Shown here one piece after another: positions 27,264 to 36,837 of a DNA stretch of 64,000 nt. This DNA comes from Planctomycetota bacterium. Its GTDB lineage: Bacteria; Planctomycetota; B15-G4. Made by a program: the position numbers and the translations under genes. The notes below the pieces were generated by a model. The model did not search any database. It was not told the origin of the DNA and saw nothing but the letters and a program-made list of their open reading frames with translations. Numbering within the stretch: position 1 is the first letter of the stretch; each line of letters opens with the position of its first letter. The DNA lies in NCBI GenBank assembly GCA_052387675.1, contig JBQTIY010000001.1, positions 93,480 to 157,479 on the forward strand. Reading direction: 5' to 3'.

Positions 27264-27408
27264 AAAAGAAAGTCAGAGCCCGGGGAAAGACGTACCGGGC
27301 AAGGCAAGGGCGCGGGCGAAGAGTCAGCGTGCGGCGAAGCCCATCGGCGCCCACGGCTCCGCTGGCCGCCGCCGCGAAGTCGTCCGGAGAGCGGGAGCCG
27401 TTGACGCT

Positions 27409-29484
27409 CTAGCGTTGCGCGTCGACGTCGATGCGCACATTCCTGCGCAGAAACTCCTGCAACTCCGGCGAGACCGGCGACAGCCCTCCGCCGAGATGCC
27501 GGTGCGCGGCGAGTTCGATCAGGTAGAGGGAAGCCTCCGTACCCAATGCGCTTTCCGGACCATGTCCTGCGTCGGGATCGATCAGCAGGCTGAGTGGCTT
27601 GTCGAGCCGGCGCGCCTCGCCAACGTAGTGCACGATGCTCTTGAGCGGCACCCGTTTGTCGTGCGCGCCGGCCCAAATGTAGGCGGGCGCCTGCACTGCC
27701 GGCAGCGCGGCGAGCGGCGACTCGCGCTGCATCTGCTCCCGCCAGGCGGCATCTTCGTAGCGAAAGCCTAGTTGCGTGAACTGCAGCGACAGCGGCGGAG
27801 CCATGGGACGCGAGGCCACGCTGTCGTGCTCGGCCTGCCATTGCTTTGTCCAGCCGTAATCTGTCGGCGGAGTGCCGGCGAAGGCGAAGCGAAAGCGCGC
27901 GGGGTGATGGCTCAGCGCCAGCAAGCTGGAATAGCCACCGAAGGACATCCCCGCCACGGCCTGTCGCTGGCGATCACCGATGCCCTCGGCCAGCAAGAAG
28001 TCCAGCCCGTCGATGATGTCCGCCAACACCCGACCGTTGCCGACATCCCCCTGCGCAGAGAGCACGTACTCCAGACCGTAGCCTGCCGACGCGCGGAAGT
28101 TGGGAATGAACACCGCGTAACCGCGATTGACCAGGAGCTGGATCCCCCCGTTGTACCGGTCATACATGCGCTCGATCGGACCGCCGTGCAGCCAGGCTAT
28201 GAGTGGCACCGAGTCGGGAGCCCGGCCGGCCGGCAGCACCACGTAGCCATGCAGCAGCATGCCGTCGCTGGCGCGGTAGGTGAGCGGGTGCAGCACGGCA
28301 CCCGGAGACGGCGGGCTCTTCACGGAGGCTTGCTGCTCGAACAATCGCTGGAGTTGATTGTCTTCCGGGCGATAGACGTAGTGGCCATCCAGTGCGAGCT
28401 CGCCCTGCTGCGCATGCACCAACCACAAACTGCCGTCAGCCGTGGCCGAAAGTTGCAGATTGGCTTCCGGCAACTGCTCTTGAAGCGCGGCGAGCTGCGC
28501 GCTGAGGGTGCTGTCATTGCCGTGCCAGCAGAGCCGCGCGCCGTAGTAAGCGATGGCGAGCCAGTCCTCGCGCGCGGCACACCAGAGCAGCGCATGCGCA
28601 TCGGCGAGGAGCGCCGGGTCACGATGAATCGTCTCCCAGCCTCCGCTCTTCCGCTGCCAGCGTCGCAAGGCGAGCTTGTCCTCGTCATGCCGCAGCAGCA
28701 GCCAGAGCGTCTGCTCCGCCCGGTTGTAGCCGACCAGTCGGCACTCCTCGAGAACGGTGTCGCTGCGCAGCAGCTCACGCGGACCCGCCGCGCTGTGTTC
28801 GCGGATGACCGTCTCGTAGCGAGGGCCGTCGAAGGCGGCCGTAAACGCCAAGTCACCGTCCGCATTCAGCAGGGCGCTGCGTAGCGGTAACTCGGATTCA
28901 TAAAGCAGGCGCGTCTGGCATTGCGCATCGACACTCAGATAGCGGTGCCGCTCGACGCCCCGCTCAGCGACTCGCTCATGAATGATCGCGTACTGCAGGG
29001 CGGACTCATCGACCGCCCAGAAGCGTTGCGCTCGCCGCACATCCCATTTGAGGATGCGCTTCGCGGAGAGGTCGGCGCTTTCGATCACCGAGAGCCCTTG
29101 CTCGTCGGCGAGCCACAGGCGGCTGCCGTCTCCCGACCAAACGGCCTCGGCGCGCTGGAGGTCGGCCACGATCCGCGTCTGCACTCCGCTGGACACTTCC
29201 TGCAAGATCAGATCAACACTCTGTTCGGTGCGCCGAAAGAACGACACGTAGCGGCCATCCGGCGACAGGCGCACGTCCACGATCTCCTGGAAGCGCAGAA
29301 ACTCTTCGCGCGCGATCAGCGGGGCGCGCGGCTGCGCGGCAGCCTTGGTCTTCGCCGCCTGCAGGGCGAGGCGCGTCACGACGACCGGATCGCCGCTGGT
29401 GTCGTCGTCGCTGGTGCTGTCGCCGAGTGGGCCGACTGCGCCCAGCAGGACGCTAACCGCCAAGACCAGGGCGACCTGACTCAA
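27409..29484 (-). CDS. prolyl oligopeptidase (S9) family serine peptidase with N-terminal beta-propeller
   Basis: GMSFGGYSS nucleophile motif, then AGAHDKRVP and DPDAGHG. SPDGRYVSFF-type propeller blades. ORF 27409..29763 trimmed to TTG 29484, which overlaps the upstream stop (TTGA). The start is uncertain. Confidence 0.75.
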   Translation of the reverse strand: MSQVALVLAVSVLLGAVGPLGDSTSDDDTSGDPVVVTRLALQAAKTKAAAQPRAPLIAREEFLRFQEIVDVRLSPDGRYVSFFRRTEQSVDLILQEVSSGVQTRIVADLQRAEAVWSGDGSRLWLADEQGLSVIESADLSAKRILKWDVRRAQRFWAVDESALQYAIIHERVAERGVERHRYLSVDAQCQTRLLYESELPLRSALLNADGDLAFTAAFDGPRYETVIREHSAAGPRELLRSDTVLEECRLVGYNRAEQTLWLLLRHDEDKLALRRWQRKSGGWETIHRDPALLADAHALLWCAAREDWLAIAYYGARLCWHGNDSTLSAQLAALQEQLPEANLQLSATADGSLWLVHAQQGELALDGHYVYRPEDNQLQRLFEQQASVKSPPSPGAVLHPLTYRASDGMLLHGYVVLPAGRAPDSVPLIAWLHGGPIERMYDRYNGGIQLLVNRGYAVFIPNFRASAGYGLEYVLSAQGDVGNGRVLADIIDGLDFLLAEGIGDRQRQAVAGMSFGGYSSLLALSHHPARFRFAFAGTPPTDYGWTKQWQAEHDSVASRPMAPPLSLQFTQLGFRYEDAAWREQMQRESPLAALPAVQAPAYIWAGAHDKRVPLKSIVHYVGEARRLDKPLSLLIDPDAGHGPESALGTEASLYLIELAAHRHLGGGLSPVSPELQEFLRRNVRIDVDAQR

Positions 29485-31295
29485 GCCCGGGCTCCGCGCG
29501 GTTCCAGGCAAATCAGGCTCAGGAAGGCCGGCATGCCGAGCACCGTGCAGCTCACCAGCCAAAGTCGTCGGCGTGACGGAGCAACTCGTGTTCCGCGCAG
29601 CCACGCATAGCCAGCAGCCAGCGAGGCCAGCATGAACGCCAGCGCCAGCGCAGAGAGCCGCGACGCCCGGGGAATGAGTGCAAAGCGCGGCGGTTGGGTC
29701 AGGCCCGTGTCGAGCAGGTCCGGCGCATGCGCCAAGGCATACAGCGGCGGCGAGACCCACCACGATGCCATCGGCGCCATCACAGAGCCGACGAAGCTGA
29801 GGCGAACAGTGTGGAGGTTGCGGAGCTCACCGACCACGGTGGCCCGGCCCTCGCGATCGACATACACGAGCTGCTGCCACGGATTGCTGAGCGACTCAAA
29901 GCCCTCGTACTCCCGCGCATCCGAGTAGTGCTTCGAGACCAGCCAGCCGTCCAGCAGTTCGGCGATTGTGATGCCCAGCGGCGTCGATTCGCCCTCGGCA
30001 AAAGGCAGTTCCCAATCCAGCAGGGGCGGCGCGAAGGGCGATGAGGCCGCACGGTCCGGCCGGTAGGCGAGCAAGCGCTGGTTGGTCAGCAGCAGCAAGT
30101 GATCCAGCGCCTGGACCGGCCTGCCGGTGAACCACTCGCCGGCGGGCAGCCGCAGCAGCTCGTGCTGACGCTGCGCTTGGTCGTCGATGGCGAACAGCAT
30201 CGCGCGGGTCATGCCGAAGGCGGGGACTTCGGCGAAGGGCTGGGACTCGCCGAGCCCGTCCCTTCCCCACCAACCCTTGAAGTCACCGCTATTCGGGATG
30301 CGACCGTGAAACAGCATGCGGTCGTGACTGAAGGTCCACTTGATGTTGCGCGTGTCGTCCCACCACGGCTGCGCGACGTTGGAGAGCTGATGACGAACGG
30401 GGAAGCGCGCGATGTCGGGCTGCACTTCGGCGATCCGCAGCAGCGGCAACTGTTCGCGCCACGAGGCCACGCGCGGATCGGTGCTGCTCTCCAGCCCCTT
30501 GGCGAGGCCCTGCTGGGTGAGATTGCGCATGTGCGCTTCGACGTCGATGTCGACGTCCGTGGACAGCACCGTCCTGCCGGGGCCGCGGCCGAGCAGTTCG
30601 ACGACGGCAAGGCCCGACTTGCTTAGCTGGAAGACCAGCAGGAAGAAGCCGAGTTGCAGCGGTAAGGCAGTGAGCAGCAGCACGCCGCTGCGCGCGATGG
30701 GCGCGTTGCGATCGGCGCGGAAGCTGTGCCGCGCGACGAAGACCAGCCACACGAGGCACCCAAGCACCGGCAGCAACAGCCACCACACTGAGGCCAAGTG
30801 CAGAGCCAGCATCCACGGCACAAGCAGCACGGCGACGGCCGCTTTATGGCGGCTGGTGCAGGCGTGGGCCCCGGCCAGCCAGGCCATCATCGTGAAGGCC
30901 AAGACATGGAACAGCGCAACATAGTGGCGGCTATCGACGACCTGCGTAGTCAGCGAGTCGGTGGCGAGTAGGAAGACGAGCAGTGGCGCCAGGACGGCCA
31001 CGCTCAGCAGCGCCAGCGCTGAGAGGGCCAGTGCGGCGAAGATTCGCGCCGGCGCCAGCGGACGGTGGATCAGCCACAGCCAGCGGCTGGGCTGGCGGTA
31101 GCTGCCGACCTGCAGCAGCGCGAGCACCAAGCCAAGCAGCATGTACACGACCAGCATCGCCGCCTGGTCCTCGAAGCCGAGCTGAGGCACGTCGTCGACG
31201 CGCGACAACAGCACCAGTGCGAGGCCATGGCACAAGCCGACGATGAGAGCGAGCCGGCGAAAGCGACACCATTCCGAGCGCAGCAGGTCATTCAT
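29481..31295 (-). CDS. polytopic membrane protein with large extracytoplasmic domain (putative permease partner of adjacent ABC ATPase)
   Basis: 604 aa. About 6 N-terminal TM helices, a ~330-aa soluble region and C-terminal TM helices. Starts 13 nt downstream of the ABC ATPase gene. Confidence 0.5.
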   Translation of the reverse strand: MNDLLRSEWCRFRRLALIVGLCHGLALVLLSRVDDVPQLGFEDQAAMLVVYMLLGLVLALLQVGSYRQPSRWLWLIHRPLAPARIFAALALSALALLSVAVLAPLLVFLLATDSLTTQVVDSRHYVALFHVLAFTMMAWLAGAHACTSRHKAAVAVLLVPWMLALHLASVWWLLLPVLGCLVWLVFVARHSFRADRNAPIARSGVLLLTALPLQLGFFLLVFQLSKSGLAVVELLGRGPGRTVLSTDVDIDVEAHMRNLTQQGLAKGLESSTDPRVASWREQLPLLRIAEVQPDIARFPVRHQLSNVAQPWWDDTRNIKWTFSHDRMLFHGRIPNSGDFKGWWGRDGLGESQPFAEVPAFGMTRAMLFAIDDQAQRQHELLRLPAGEWFTGRPVQALDHLLLLTNQRLLAYRPDRAASSPFAPPLLDWELPFAEGESTPLGITIAELLDGWLVSKHYSDAREYEGFESLSNPWQQLVYVDREGRATVVGELRNLHTVRLSFVGSVMAPMASWWVSPPLYALAHAPDLLDTGLTQPPRFALIPRASRLSALALAFMLASLAAGYAWLRGTRVAPSRRRLWLVSCTVLGMPAFLSLICLEPRGARA

Positions 31296-31308
31296 CTATG
31301 TGCGCTTC

Positions 31309-32265
31309 CTAAGCCGACTTCGCGTGATTGCGAGCGAGAAAGGCGTTGACCGCCCGGTCCAGGTTCACATCGCCGCGATAGCTGCGCTCAGCGCCACGGG
31401 CATCGAGCAGGGCGCCAAAGCCCTCGTCCTGGTCCAGCACCAAGTAGTAGTACAAGCCCTCGATGTGCTGCACCTGCAGCAAGCCCGGCAAGGTGCCGGA
31501 TCCGGGCGGGGCGGAGGGAAACTCGGCCACCCAGAGAGTGACGCGCTCGCAGAACTCCTCCGGCGGTGACATGTGCTTGAGTTCGCCCTGCTCGAGAATG
31601 ATCAGGTTGTCGGCGAGACGCTCAATCTCATCCATCTGATGCGAGCAGTAGATGATCGTCGTGGAACTCTCGTCGACGGAACCCAGCACCGCTTCCAGGA
31701 AGGCGCGCTTGGCCACGACATCGAGGCCCAGGGTCGGTTCATCGAGAATCAGCAGCTCGGGGCACTGGGCAAGCGCCAACGCCAGGTTCACGCCGGCCCG
31801 CTCGCCGCGCGAGAGGCTGGCGATGCGCTGTTCCGGCAAGACCTGAAAGTTGCCGACGATGCTGCGATAACGCCGCTCATCCCATTGCGGGTAGAGCCGG
31901 CGCTGCATAGCCACCAGCTCGTCCACGCGCAGCCAGGCGGGCAAGCTGTGCTCCTCGTTGACGAAACCGATGCGTGCTCGCTCGCGTTCAGTGAGCGCCG
32001 TGCAGTCGTGGCCCAGAATCGTCGCGCGGCCGGCGCTCGGTGACTGAACACCGAGTAGGACGCGAAACAACGAGGACTTCCCCGCACCATTAGCGCCGAC
32101 CAAGGCGTGGATTCGGCCGCGCGGAATGCGCAGCGTCAACTGCTTCAGGGCTTGCTTGCGTCCGTAATGCAAGTCGAGTTGCTCGGTTTCGATGACGAAG
32201 TCCGAGACCGCCGGCGAGCGAGGTGCGTCCCCGTCCAGGAGCCGAAGCATGTTGGAGGCAGTCAT
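31309..32265 (-). CDS. ABC transporter ATP-binding protein
   Basis: ORF 31309..32730 trimmed to ATG 32265 (MTASNMLRLL). Walker A GANGAGKSS, signature LSRGERAGV, Walker B LLILDEPT. Confidence 0.85.
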   Translation of the reverse strand: MTASNMLRLLDGDAPRSPAVSDFVIETEQLDLHYGRKQALKQLTLRIPRGRIHALVGANGAGKSSLFRVLLGVQSPSAGRATILGHDCTALTERERARIGFVNEEHSLPAWLRVDELVAMQRRLYPQWDERRYRSIVGNFQVLPEQRIASLSRGERAGVNLALALAQCPELLILDEPTLGLDVVAKRAFLEAVLGSVDESSTTIIYCSHQMDEIERLADNLIILEQGELKHMSPPEEFCERVTLWVAEFPSAPPGSGTLPGLLQVQHIEGLYYYLVLDQDEGFGALLDARGAERSYRGDVNLDRAVNAFLARNHAKSA

Positions 32266-32276
32266 CGCAGGTCTCG

Positions 32277-32684
32277 TCAGGCGGAGCGCTTGTTGAGGCG
32301 AGTCAGGGCGGAACTCACTCGGTCGAGAATGACGTCGGCCGGGTAGTCCAAGCCGATGACTTCGACGGCGAAGGCTTCGAGCGCCAGCGTCAGCCGTCGC
32401 TCCCGTTCCGGCTTGGAGAGGCGTTGCCGGGGCGCCGCCACGTACAGCCCCAGTCCTTGGCGTGCATCGAGCCAACCCTCTTTGGCGAGTTCGCCATAGG
32501 CCCTGGCGACGGTCTTGGGGTTGATGGTGAGTTGCAGCGCGAGGGCGCGCACGCTGGGAAGTTGGGCGCCCACCGGCAGCTTGCCGCCGGCAATGGACAT
32601 GCGGATGCCGTCGGTGATCTGGCGGGTGATCGAGCGCGGATCGCCCGGACTCACCGACAGAAACAAGGGAACCGTCTTGGACAT
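32277..32684 (-). CDS. GntR-family (YtrA-like, short) transcriptional regulator
   Basis: Trimmed to ATG 32684 (MSKTVPLFL), giving 135 aa. LPSVRALALQLTINPKTVARAYGELAKEGWL is the GntR wHTH. Confidence 0.8.
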   Translation of the reverse strand: MSKTVPLFLSVSPGDPRSITRQITDGIRMSIAGGKLPVGAQLPSVRALALQLTINPKTVARAYGELAKEGWLDARQGLGLYVAAPRQRLSKPERERRLTLALEAFAVEVIGLDYPADVILDRVSSALTRLNKRSA

Positions 32685-32803
32685 CGCTAGGCCTTTCGCA
32701 CCGAGGGCGGCACCGCGCGGCGCCGCGCACTGTACCATGTGTAGTGGTACAGACGGTAAGCGAGGCTTCTCAGCGTGTCAAGCGGGTGCCGCTGCAGTTG
32801 CGG

Positions 32804-34495
32804 CTACGGAACGTCTGCCCGCAGAGCGTTGCTCAGCGACACGCCGCACACGGCGGCTGCGTCCTGGATGGCGTACTGAAAGTAGAGGCTTAGACCGGAC
32901 AGGCCGGCGGGCCAGCTCGACCAACCAAGCAGGATGGCCCCGCTCGCGTCGGTGAAGAGAAAGAGGCTCGCCGCGATCGGCACGGGCACCAGGGTCCCGC
33001 ACTTAAACGGCGTCGGCGTGCTGGTGAGAGCGATCGACAGGCTGCTGAGCGCTGCCGGCGCCGCACCGATCAGCGCGAGCGCCCCCACGCTGCCTTCTGT
33101 CAGGTCGCCCATGCCCGCCAGCGACGGCACGCCGTTGAGACCCGGCAGTGCCTGGCCCAGATCGGTGAAGGGCTCGGACAGTCCCAGTATCGGCCCATAG
33201 CGGAAAACGTCGAAGTCCGTGTTGTCATCCCCCGCCACGAGATTGTCGGCCGTGCTGTCGAAGGCCGCGTAGCGACCATCCGCGGAGAGGATCGGGTTGG
33301 CCGCCCAGCCGTTGGCTTCCTGTCCAGACGCCGACTGGCTCAGCCGCGTGGTCGTGCCCGTCGCAGCATCGCGCAGGTACGCCTGCATGCCGCTCAGCAT
33401 CTCCGTCGGCACAACGAGGTTGCTCGCCGCGCTCTGATACACGACATAGCGGCCATCGCCCGAAAGCTGCGGCAGCCTGCTCTGATCATCGCCCTGCGCT
33501 CCCGCCGTACTCTGGCTCACGCGCGTCGTCGCAGCCAGCAGCCGGTCGCGCAGAAACACGTCGGGGACGTTGTTCGTGTCGCCAGCCACTAGGTTCGTTG
33601 CCGAGCTGTGGTAAGCGATCCAGCGACCGTCCGCCGAGAGGGCCGGCGCGTCACTGGCGCGATCACCAAGCTGGCCTGCGCTGCTGACGCTGACACACTC
33701 CATCGCGCCGGTCAGTGTGTCGTGGACGAAGATGTCCCAGGTCCCGTTCGTATCCCCCGGCACCAAGTCTGCCGCACTGCTGCGGAAGGCAATGTAGCGG
33801 CCATCGCTCGAAATGGCCGCGCCATAGCTGGTGCCGCTGTTCTGCACTCCGGCGCTGTCGACGCTCACGCGCCGCGTTTCCGCCGTGACCCGATCATGCA
33901 CGAAGACGTCACTGAAGCCGTTCGTGTCGCCGGTGACAAGATTGCTGGCATAGCTATGGAAACTCACGAACCGGCCGTCGGCGGAAATGTCCGGGAGAAA
34001 GCTGAAGTTATTTGCCTGGGCGCCGCCGCTGCTCGTGCTCACACGGACGGTCTCGCCCAGCGCGCGGTCTCGCACAAAGACATCTTCCGTGCCATTCGTG
34101 TCGCCAGGCACAAGCGTGGTAGCCGCGCTACTGAAGACGACGAAGCGGCCATCGGCGGAGATGCGCGGACGGGTCGCGTGAGCGTTGGCCTGTACGCCGA
34201 GCGACGACACATTGACCCGCTCGGTCGTGCCCAAGACGATGTCGCGCACGAAGGCGTCCATGACCTCGTTCGTATCGCCCGGAACGAGATCGGGCGCGTT
34301 ACTCAAGAAGGTCAGAAAGCGACCATCGGCGCTCAAGGCCGCATCGCGACTGTCACCCGAACCTTCCTGGCCGGAGTCGCCGACGCTCGCGAGCACCAGG
34401 GTGGCGCTCTGCGCCGGGACATCGGATGCGAGCTGCCCCGCCGTTAGCAGCGTGACGACTGCGGCCCACACAGAGTTCGAGCGAAGCACGCGCAT
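32804..34495 (-). CDS. secreted TolB/PD40-like beta-propeller repeat protein with conserved C-terminal domain ending ALRADVP
   Basis: Trimmed to ATG 34495 (MRVLRSNSVWAAVVTLLTAGQLASDVPA signal peptide). About 7 repeats of SADGRF(V/I).F.S.A.NLV.GDTN...D(V/I)F(V/L)(R/H)D. The C-terminal ~90 aa is near-identical to the 40615..43107 product. Confidence 0.7.
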   Translation of the reverse strand: MRVLRSNSVWAAVVTLLTAGQLASDVPAQSATLVLASVGDSGQEGSGDSRDAALSADGRFLTFLSNAPDLVPGDTNEVMDAFVRDIVLGTTERVNVSSLGVQANAHATRPRISADGRFVVFSSAATTLVPGDTNGTEDVFVRDRALGETVRVSTSSGGAQANNFSFLPDISADGRFVSFHSYASNLVTGDTNGFSDVFVHDRVTAETRRVSVDSAGVQNSGTSYGAAISSDGRYIAFRSSAADLVPGDTNGTWDIFVHDTLTGAMECVSVSSAGQLGDRASDAPALSADGRWIAYHSSATNLVAGDTNNVPDVFLRDRLLAATTRVSQSTAGAQGDDQSRLPQLSGDGRYVVYQSAASNLVVPTEMLSGMQAYLRDAATGTTTRLSQSASGQEANGWAANPILSADGRYAAFDSTADNLVAGDDNTDFDVFRYGPILGLSEPFTDLGQALPGLNGVPSLAGMGDLTEGSVGALALIGAAPAALSSLSIALTSTPTPFKCGTLVPVPIAASLFLFTDASGAILLGWSSWPAGLSGLSLYFQYAIQDAAAVCGVSLSNALRADVP

Positions 34496-34557
34496 TTCCG
34501 GCCCTTTCTGGCGAGAAGATGAGTGCTTTGTAACCGACCTCGCGCGGGGCGTGAAGG
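34496..34557 (-). promoter_or_regulatory. conserved 62-nt 5' leader shared with gene 40615..43107
   Basis: My manual alignment of 34496..34557 with 43108..43169 gives 53/62 identical positions, ungapped. Both abut the start codon. Confidence 0.5.
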
Positions 34558-34634
34558 CCTCTGCGCTCAGCTCGCTGCGAGGCGCAGGCGCCGGCCTGCT
34601 CGCGGTGTCCTCCCGCTCGGCTACGCTTTCTCCC

Positions 34635-35462
34635 ATGCCCAGCCGCCTCGGTACCTGCTCATGGTCGGAGAAGTCCTGGGTCGGGCCGTTTTATCCGGCC
34701 CGCATGAAGGCCGGCGATTTCTTGGCGCACTACGCCACACAGTTCGACACCGTCGAGGCCGACACCACGTACTACGCAGTGCCGGCACCCGCCGTCGTCC
34801 GTCGCTGGGCCGAAGTCACGCCGCCCGGCTTCGTGATGTCCTGCAAGTTGGCGCGGGATGCCTTCCTCGGCGAGGACGCCAGGCAGATCGATCCGGCGCG
34901 CGTGCTGCAGCACGCAGCATTCGGTGAGCCGCTCAACGCCTTCTCCACCTCCGTCGCGAACCTCGGCCCCAAGCTCGGGCCCGTGGTCATCCAATGCCCG
35001 TGGTTTCGGCCGGAGGTGTTCCGCGACCTGGCCGCCTTCCTCGCCCGCCTCGACCCTTTCATCGCGGCGCTGCCGGCCGGCCCGCGCTACGTCGTCGAAG
35101 TCCGCAACCGCGGCTGGCTGCACGCTGAGCTGCTGGATGTGCTGCGTACGCACCGCGCCGCTCTCTGTCTCGCCGAGGTCCGCGGCATGCCGCATCCGGC
35201 CGACGTGGCCGAGAAGCTCGAGCTGCGCACGACGGACTTCTTCTACGCGCGGCTCATCGGCGACCGCTCAGCCGTCGAGCGGCTGACCAAGACCTTCGAC
35301 AAGCTCGTGCTCGACAAATCCGCTAGCCTCGACCGCTGGGCTGGGCTGATCAAGGTCATGGGCCAGGACAGCGACGGCTTCGTGTACGTCAACAATCACT
35401 TCGCCGGGCACGGGCCGGAGACGGTGAGGCAGTTGGCGGCGAGACTTTCGGCGGGGCACTGA
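34635..35462 (+). CDS. DUF72 family protein
   Basis: ORF 34185..35462 trimmed to ATG 34635. CSWSEKSWVGPFYPARMKAGDFLAHYATQFDTVEADTTYYAVP is the typical DUF72 N-terminus. Confidence 0.75.
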   Translation: MPSRLGTCSWSEKSWVGPFYPARMKAGDFLAHYATQFDTVEADTTYYAVPAPAVVRRWAEVTPPGFVMSCKLARDAFLGEDARQIDPARVLQHAAFGEPLNAFSTSVANLGPKLGPVVIQCPWFRPEVFRDLAAFLARLDPFIAALPAGPRYVVEVRNRGWLHAELLDVLRTHRAALCLAEVRGMPHPADVAEKLELRTTDFFYARLIGDRSAVERLTKTFDKLVLDKSASLDRWAGLIKVMGQDSDGFVYVNNHFAGHGPETVRQLAARLSAGH

Positions 35463-35574
35463 ACTCCATACGAGAGCCTGAAGTGCGTCGCCAGAATCGC
35501 CGGGGTTAGCGGTACACTCCGCAACGGGAAGGTGCTCCAGATTCGAGGTTACGGTTAGTCCCAGCAAAAACGTC

Positions 35575-35769
35575 GTGCCTCTGTACCCGATGATTCCGCG
35601 CCGGGCGTGCCCGGTTTGCGGGCAGCCTGCTTACTCGGCCAGCGGTGTCCATCCGCAGTGCGCCCAACTTCGCGCCGAGCCAATGCGCACGCAGCGGGCT
35701 GTGAAGCTTCCGCGGCTGGCGAGCGACGACCTGCCGCCAAAGGCCAAGCCGGTGCGGCCTGCACCGTAG
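35575..35769 (+). CDS. small hypothetical protein with possible zinc-ribbon (CPVC...HPQC)
   Basis: 64-aa ORF containing CPVCGQPAYSASGVHPQC. No other support. Confidence 0.25.
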   Translation: MPLYPMIPRRACPVCGQPAYSASGVHPQCAQLRAEPMRTQRAVKLPRLASDDLPPKAKPVRPAP

Positions 35770-35825
35770 CTTCGCTCGCGCCTTTTCTCTTACGCTGCAC
35801 ACTTCCCGCCCAGGAGCACGCCGCC

Positions 35826-36059
35826 ATGAGCGACACGAACGTTCAGATCACCGCCAACGGCCCGCTGCGCATCACGGGCAACTTCGAGATCTCGGACCCC
35901 ACAGGAGCCAAGTTCGACCTGGCCGGACGCACGACAATCTCGCTTTGCCGCTGCGGCCACTCCGCGAACAAGCCCTTCTGCGACGGCGCGCATAACATGG
36001 CGGCCTTCCGGTCCGACGAGAAGGCGCGCGTACTGCCGCCCCCCAAGACGCGGGGCTAA
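35826..36059 (+). CDS. CDGSH iron-sulfur domain protein (copy 1)
   Basis: Trimmed to ATG 35826, giving 77 aa. CRCGHSANKPFCDGAH is the CDGSH [2Fe-2S] motif. Confidence 0.85.
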   Translation: MSDTNVQITANGPLRITGNFEISDPTGAKFDLAGRTTISLCRCGHSANKPFCDGAHNMAAFRSDEKARVLPPPKTRG

Positions 36060-36087
36060 CCGCCGCTCAGCGCGCTGGCTGACTTCG

Positions 36088-36332
36088 CTATCGCTTCATC
36101 CGGTTCAGAACCACCACCACAAGGTCCACCTGCTTGGGGGTCATGGCCCCCATGGCGACGAGGATCTCGCCGATCTTGCGCACGGGGCGGCCGGCGCGCG
36201 CGGCGTGCTACTGCTCGGTGAGTGCCTGGTAGAGCTGCGCGGGGCTCTGATGAGGCCCTTGAGGCACGCCTCTTCACCGAAGAGCTCCGGGTCCGACTAG
36301 CCGTCGTCCGACGACCCGATCGCAAAGGTCAC
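36088..36332 (-). pseudogene. MshEN-like mini-gene, inactivated (copy 2)
   Basis: Aligns end to end with 53958..54200 but is 245 nt rather than 243 nt. It has a 2-nt insertion (GGGGCTctGATGA) and two in-frame TAG codons (CAG to TAG in DDGQSD; AAG to TAG in TEQK). The leader is retained. Confidence 0.8.
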
Positions 36333-36408
36333 CGTTCCACCTTTCCGTTTCGGAGGCGGACTTGCTCAAGAGAGAGAGAAATCGGCTACCCCCGGGGACA
36401 GGAATTCC
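36333..36408 (-). promoter_or_regulatory. conserved leader of MshEN-like gene (GGAATTCCTGTCCC at 36395..36408)
   Basis: Near-identical to 54201..54279. Confidence 0.45.
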
Positions 36409-36487
36409 GGCGAAAGTTCCGGGGACTGCGGGGCGAGTCGGGAGGTCCAGGTCGGGCGGGTCCGCGCCTTCGGACCGCCTAGGCGAC

Positions 36488-36808
36488 TCAGGTGCGCTGG
36501 AGCGCTCGCCGCTTGGGCAGCAGGCGCACATCCACTCTGCGGTTCATAGCCTCGGCAATCCGGCGCAGCATCGTCAGCGAATGCCCCTCGTAGTCGGCGT
36601 CCTCGAGACGGGCGATCACAGGCTGCGTGGTCCCCGCGAGGTCCGCGAGCTGCTGCTGAGTGAGCTTGGCCGCCCTCCGGGCTTCGTAGATCATCCGCGC
36701 CACCTGCGCATTGAGCTTTTCTTCCTCCACTCGCCTCCGGAAGGAAGGATCCTTCCCGGCATCGCGGGCAATGAGGTCCAGGACGCTCTTGGTCTTCTTG
36801 CGAACCAT
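36488..36808 (-). CDS. XRE-family HTH protein, HigA-like antitoxin architecture (no toxin partner seen)
   Basis: 106 aa. LTQQQLADLAGTTQPVIARLEDADYEGHSLTMLRRIAEAMNRRVDVRLLP is an XRE HTH plus the typical antitoxin C-terminus. Confidence 0.7.
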   Translation of the reverse strand: MVRKKTKSVLDLIARDAGKDPSFRRRVEEEKLNAQVARMIYEARRAAKLTQQQLADLAGTTQPVIARLEDADYEGHSLTMLRRIAEAMNRRVDVRLLPKRRALQRT

Positions 36809-36837
36809 CGTCAGTCCTCGTGCAGGCGCCCCACCAT

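Noticed and set aside
36088-36332. Both premature stops in the MshEN-like copy are TAG, raising the possibility of amber recoding or suppression
   Set aside because: The same gene also carries a 2-nt frameshifting insertion, and other genes in the window terminate with TAG normally (e.g. 21911, 58181). Pseudogenisation is the simpler explanation.
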